DNA from: Yuukianura sp. NJ FZ-2021
Taxonomy: Eukaryota
Length of the DNA stretch: 64,000 nucleotides
Direction of reading: 5' to 3'
Assembly: GCA_046563655.1 (NCBI GenBank)
Contig: CM102288.1
Span: 3,720,001-3,784,000, forward strand
Positions 62,173 through 64,000 of this stretch are shown here, piece after piece. The translations under genes and the position numbers were made by a program. The notes beneath the pieces were generated by a model, which had not been told where the DNA came from, made no database searches, and worked only from the letters and a program-made list of their open reading frames with translations. The first letter of the stretch is position 1, and every line of letters starts with the position of its first letter.

Positions 62173-64000
62173 ATGGACGCCGCCAATAAAAGTCAGGCAT
62201 TTGCAGATGCACTGGCCCGAGCTCGTCAGGTACTTAACTTAACTTACTAACGTAATAGATGAGTAGTTAAGCCAAGTATTTAATGCTAATTAGTTTCTTG
62301 TCTAAATAGCTGGCAGCAAAACTTGGAGCATCGAATCCAAATGGAGCTGTGGGAGGATCGGCCACAAGTCCCGGGCAAGGTGGAGGGTCAGTTGTGACTG
62401 GAGTGAAACGAGGATTTGATGACTACCAGTCTCCGGGTAAAACGGCCTTGAAAAATACGTATTTACTACGTTCGGAAGTAAATTCCTTGAGGCCGAAGTC
62501 TTTTACTTCGGTCTCCATGTTGCTTCCAATAAAAAATTCCTAACGGGATGCGGAGGATTCGCTAACACCATTTTCGTATAAATGGAGTTTGATAGTAGAC
62601 CTCCGCACAGTCAATTCATATCTGTAACTCTATCTCTAATCTACATTGCTATTTCCTAATTGATAATTGATCACTCTTTACAGAAAGAGATGTGAAGAGA
62701 TTGGCCGGAAATGCAGCTTTATCTGACCCCTTCGGAGCTCAGCTTGCTGCGATGAAGGGAGTTGTTGGAGGTGGGAATATCAGCATGTCCGGTATGGGAA
62801 TCAAGACTGGCTTAGGAATCAGTGGAAGCGGAAAAGCATGTACCGAAGAGATTAGAATTCCAGACCCTCTCGTTGGGCTCAGTAAGAAACCCATCAATCA
62901 ATCATTTAAGTTAAACATGAATTGATTCTGACTGATTTTTATTAATTAGTAATCGGTCGTGGAGGAGAACAGATTAACAGGATTCAAAACGAAGCAGGCT
63001 GTAAAGTTCAGTTAGCTCCGGACACTGGGTCAGGTCAGGACAGACCATGTCACCTTCAAGGAACCAAGGAAGCTATCGAGTAAGTTACCTCGCTCTTACT
63101 TTGGCATTGTAAGTTGCCCATATAAAGCCAGGAGACTCCATGATTTATTGGAGATCAACTATGGAACTTGGGCAGAAATAAACCTGTCAGACTTTTTACT
63201 GCCGTCTACGAGTTGCATTCTCTTACGATGGAATCAAAGTCTTACACATTCTACTTTTCTACTGCAAATGAAGAAATGAATTGACATGAACTAATTAATC
63301 TGATGTGTAAAAGTTAATCTAATGATTAACTATTGTTGTGCTTTTTAGGAGAGCTAAGGAGATGGTGATGGAGATTGTGAGTTCGAAGAGTCATGAGATT
63401 GGGTCGAGTGGTCGTGGACCCCCAAAAGGTCCCCCTACTGGAACTCCCCAAGGGCAGGTACAGGTATTGTGACCACAGATTCAAAATACAGCTTAAGACC
63501 TTGACCTTCGCCTTATCGGGGTAACTTGAGACATTTTTGACGTAAATAGGTGGAGTTGATGATACCTGGGTCAAAAGTAGGATTGATTATCGGTAAAGGA
63601 GGAGAAACGATACGGAATTTACAAGACAAGTCCGGCACGAAGATGTTCATTCTGCAGGAAAACATGTTCGAGGAGTGTGACAAGCCGCTACGGATCGTCG
63701 GAGAGCCGGATCTCGTCGAAGTAACGATCCATTAGTCGGTCCGCTTGGACTCCCTTTAGTGTTTCTCTCTTTTGGTTTTCAGCATGCTCGTCAATTGGTT
63801 TTGGAATTAATTAGTGAGAGTCCAATGAAACAAGACTATGGAAAAGGAAAGAGCGAATATGGAGGTGGGGGGTTCGTCGGCGGCCCTGGAACGCAGACAA
63901 TGAAGTTTCCAGTTCCCAAAGTGTCTGTTGGTTTGATCATTGGCAAGGGCGGAGACATGATCAAGAGGATCCAGGTATCTTTAACATTAAGTTGACTAAT
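62173..64000 (+). CDS. FUBP1: Far upstream element-binding protein (FUBP/KHSRP; Drosophila Psi-like), KH domains; runs off the window end
   Basis: AFADALARARQ|LAAKL N-terminal box; KH1 IRIPDPLVGLIIGRGGEQI, KH2 LMIPGSKVGLIIGKGGETI, KH3 VPKVSVGLIIGKGGDMIK. Exons 62173-62229, 62310-62436, 62684-62881, 62950-63079, 63349-~63462, 63550-63720 and 63783-63974. Confidence 0.9.
62472..62612 (+). ncRNA. Intronic box H/ACA snoRNA 1 (FUBP/Psi intron 62437-62683)
   Basis: Hairpin 1: ggaagtaa/ttgcttcc with an 11-bp upper stem. ANANNA H box at ~62529-62536. Hairpin 2: gcggagg/cctccgc. ACA at 62607-62609. The 3' pocket (ttcgcta / tagtaga) is complementary to LSU rRNA UCUACUA-UC-UAGCGAA at the canonical 14-nt distance. 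Confidence 0.85.
63113..63251 (+). ncRNA. Intronic box H/ACA snoRNA 2 (FUBP/Psi intron 63080-63348)
   Basis: Hairpin 1: tgccca/tgggca. H box aaataa at 63176-63181. Hairpin 2: agacttt/aaagtct with a ccgtc/gatgg upper stem. ACA at 63246-63248. The 3' pocket (tactg / aatcaa) is complementary to LSU rRNA UUGAUU-UU-CAGUA at 14-nt spacing. Confidence 0.8.

Overview
Eukaryotic, AT-rich, intron-containing DNA from an arthropod-like genome with mostly 60-100 nt introns; a springtail-type genome is plausible but is inference only. No prokaryotic features or CRISPR array. By manual splicing I find ten protein-coding genes: an SLC7A14-like cationic amino acid transporter (+), CFAP74 (-), an orphan secretin/adhesion-class 7TM receptor spread over ~17 kb (+), a secreted Gln/His-rich decapeptide-repeat protein that the ORF track misses (-), an SLC22 organic cation transporter (+), an AT-hook acidic protein (-), a compact CEP350-like protein (+), SNX13 (-), syntenin (-), and the 5' part of a FUBP/Psi KH-domain gene (+). 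The best non-obvious results are two box H/ACA snoRNAs in the two oversized FUBP/Psi introns, each with a pocket complementary to conserved large-subunit rRNA; the secreted Q/H-repeat protein; a 13-nt micro-exon; a MITE-like foldback element; and a 29-bp minisatellite. Family assignments and rRNA target sequences are recalled from memory, not from a database search.
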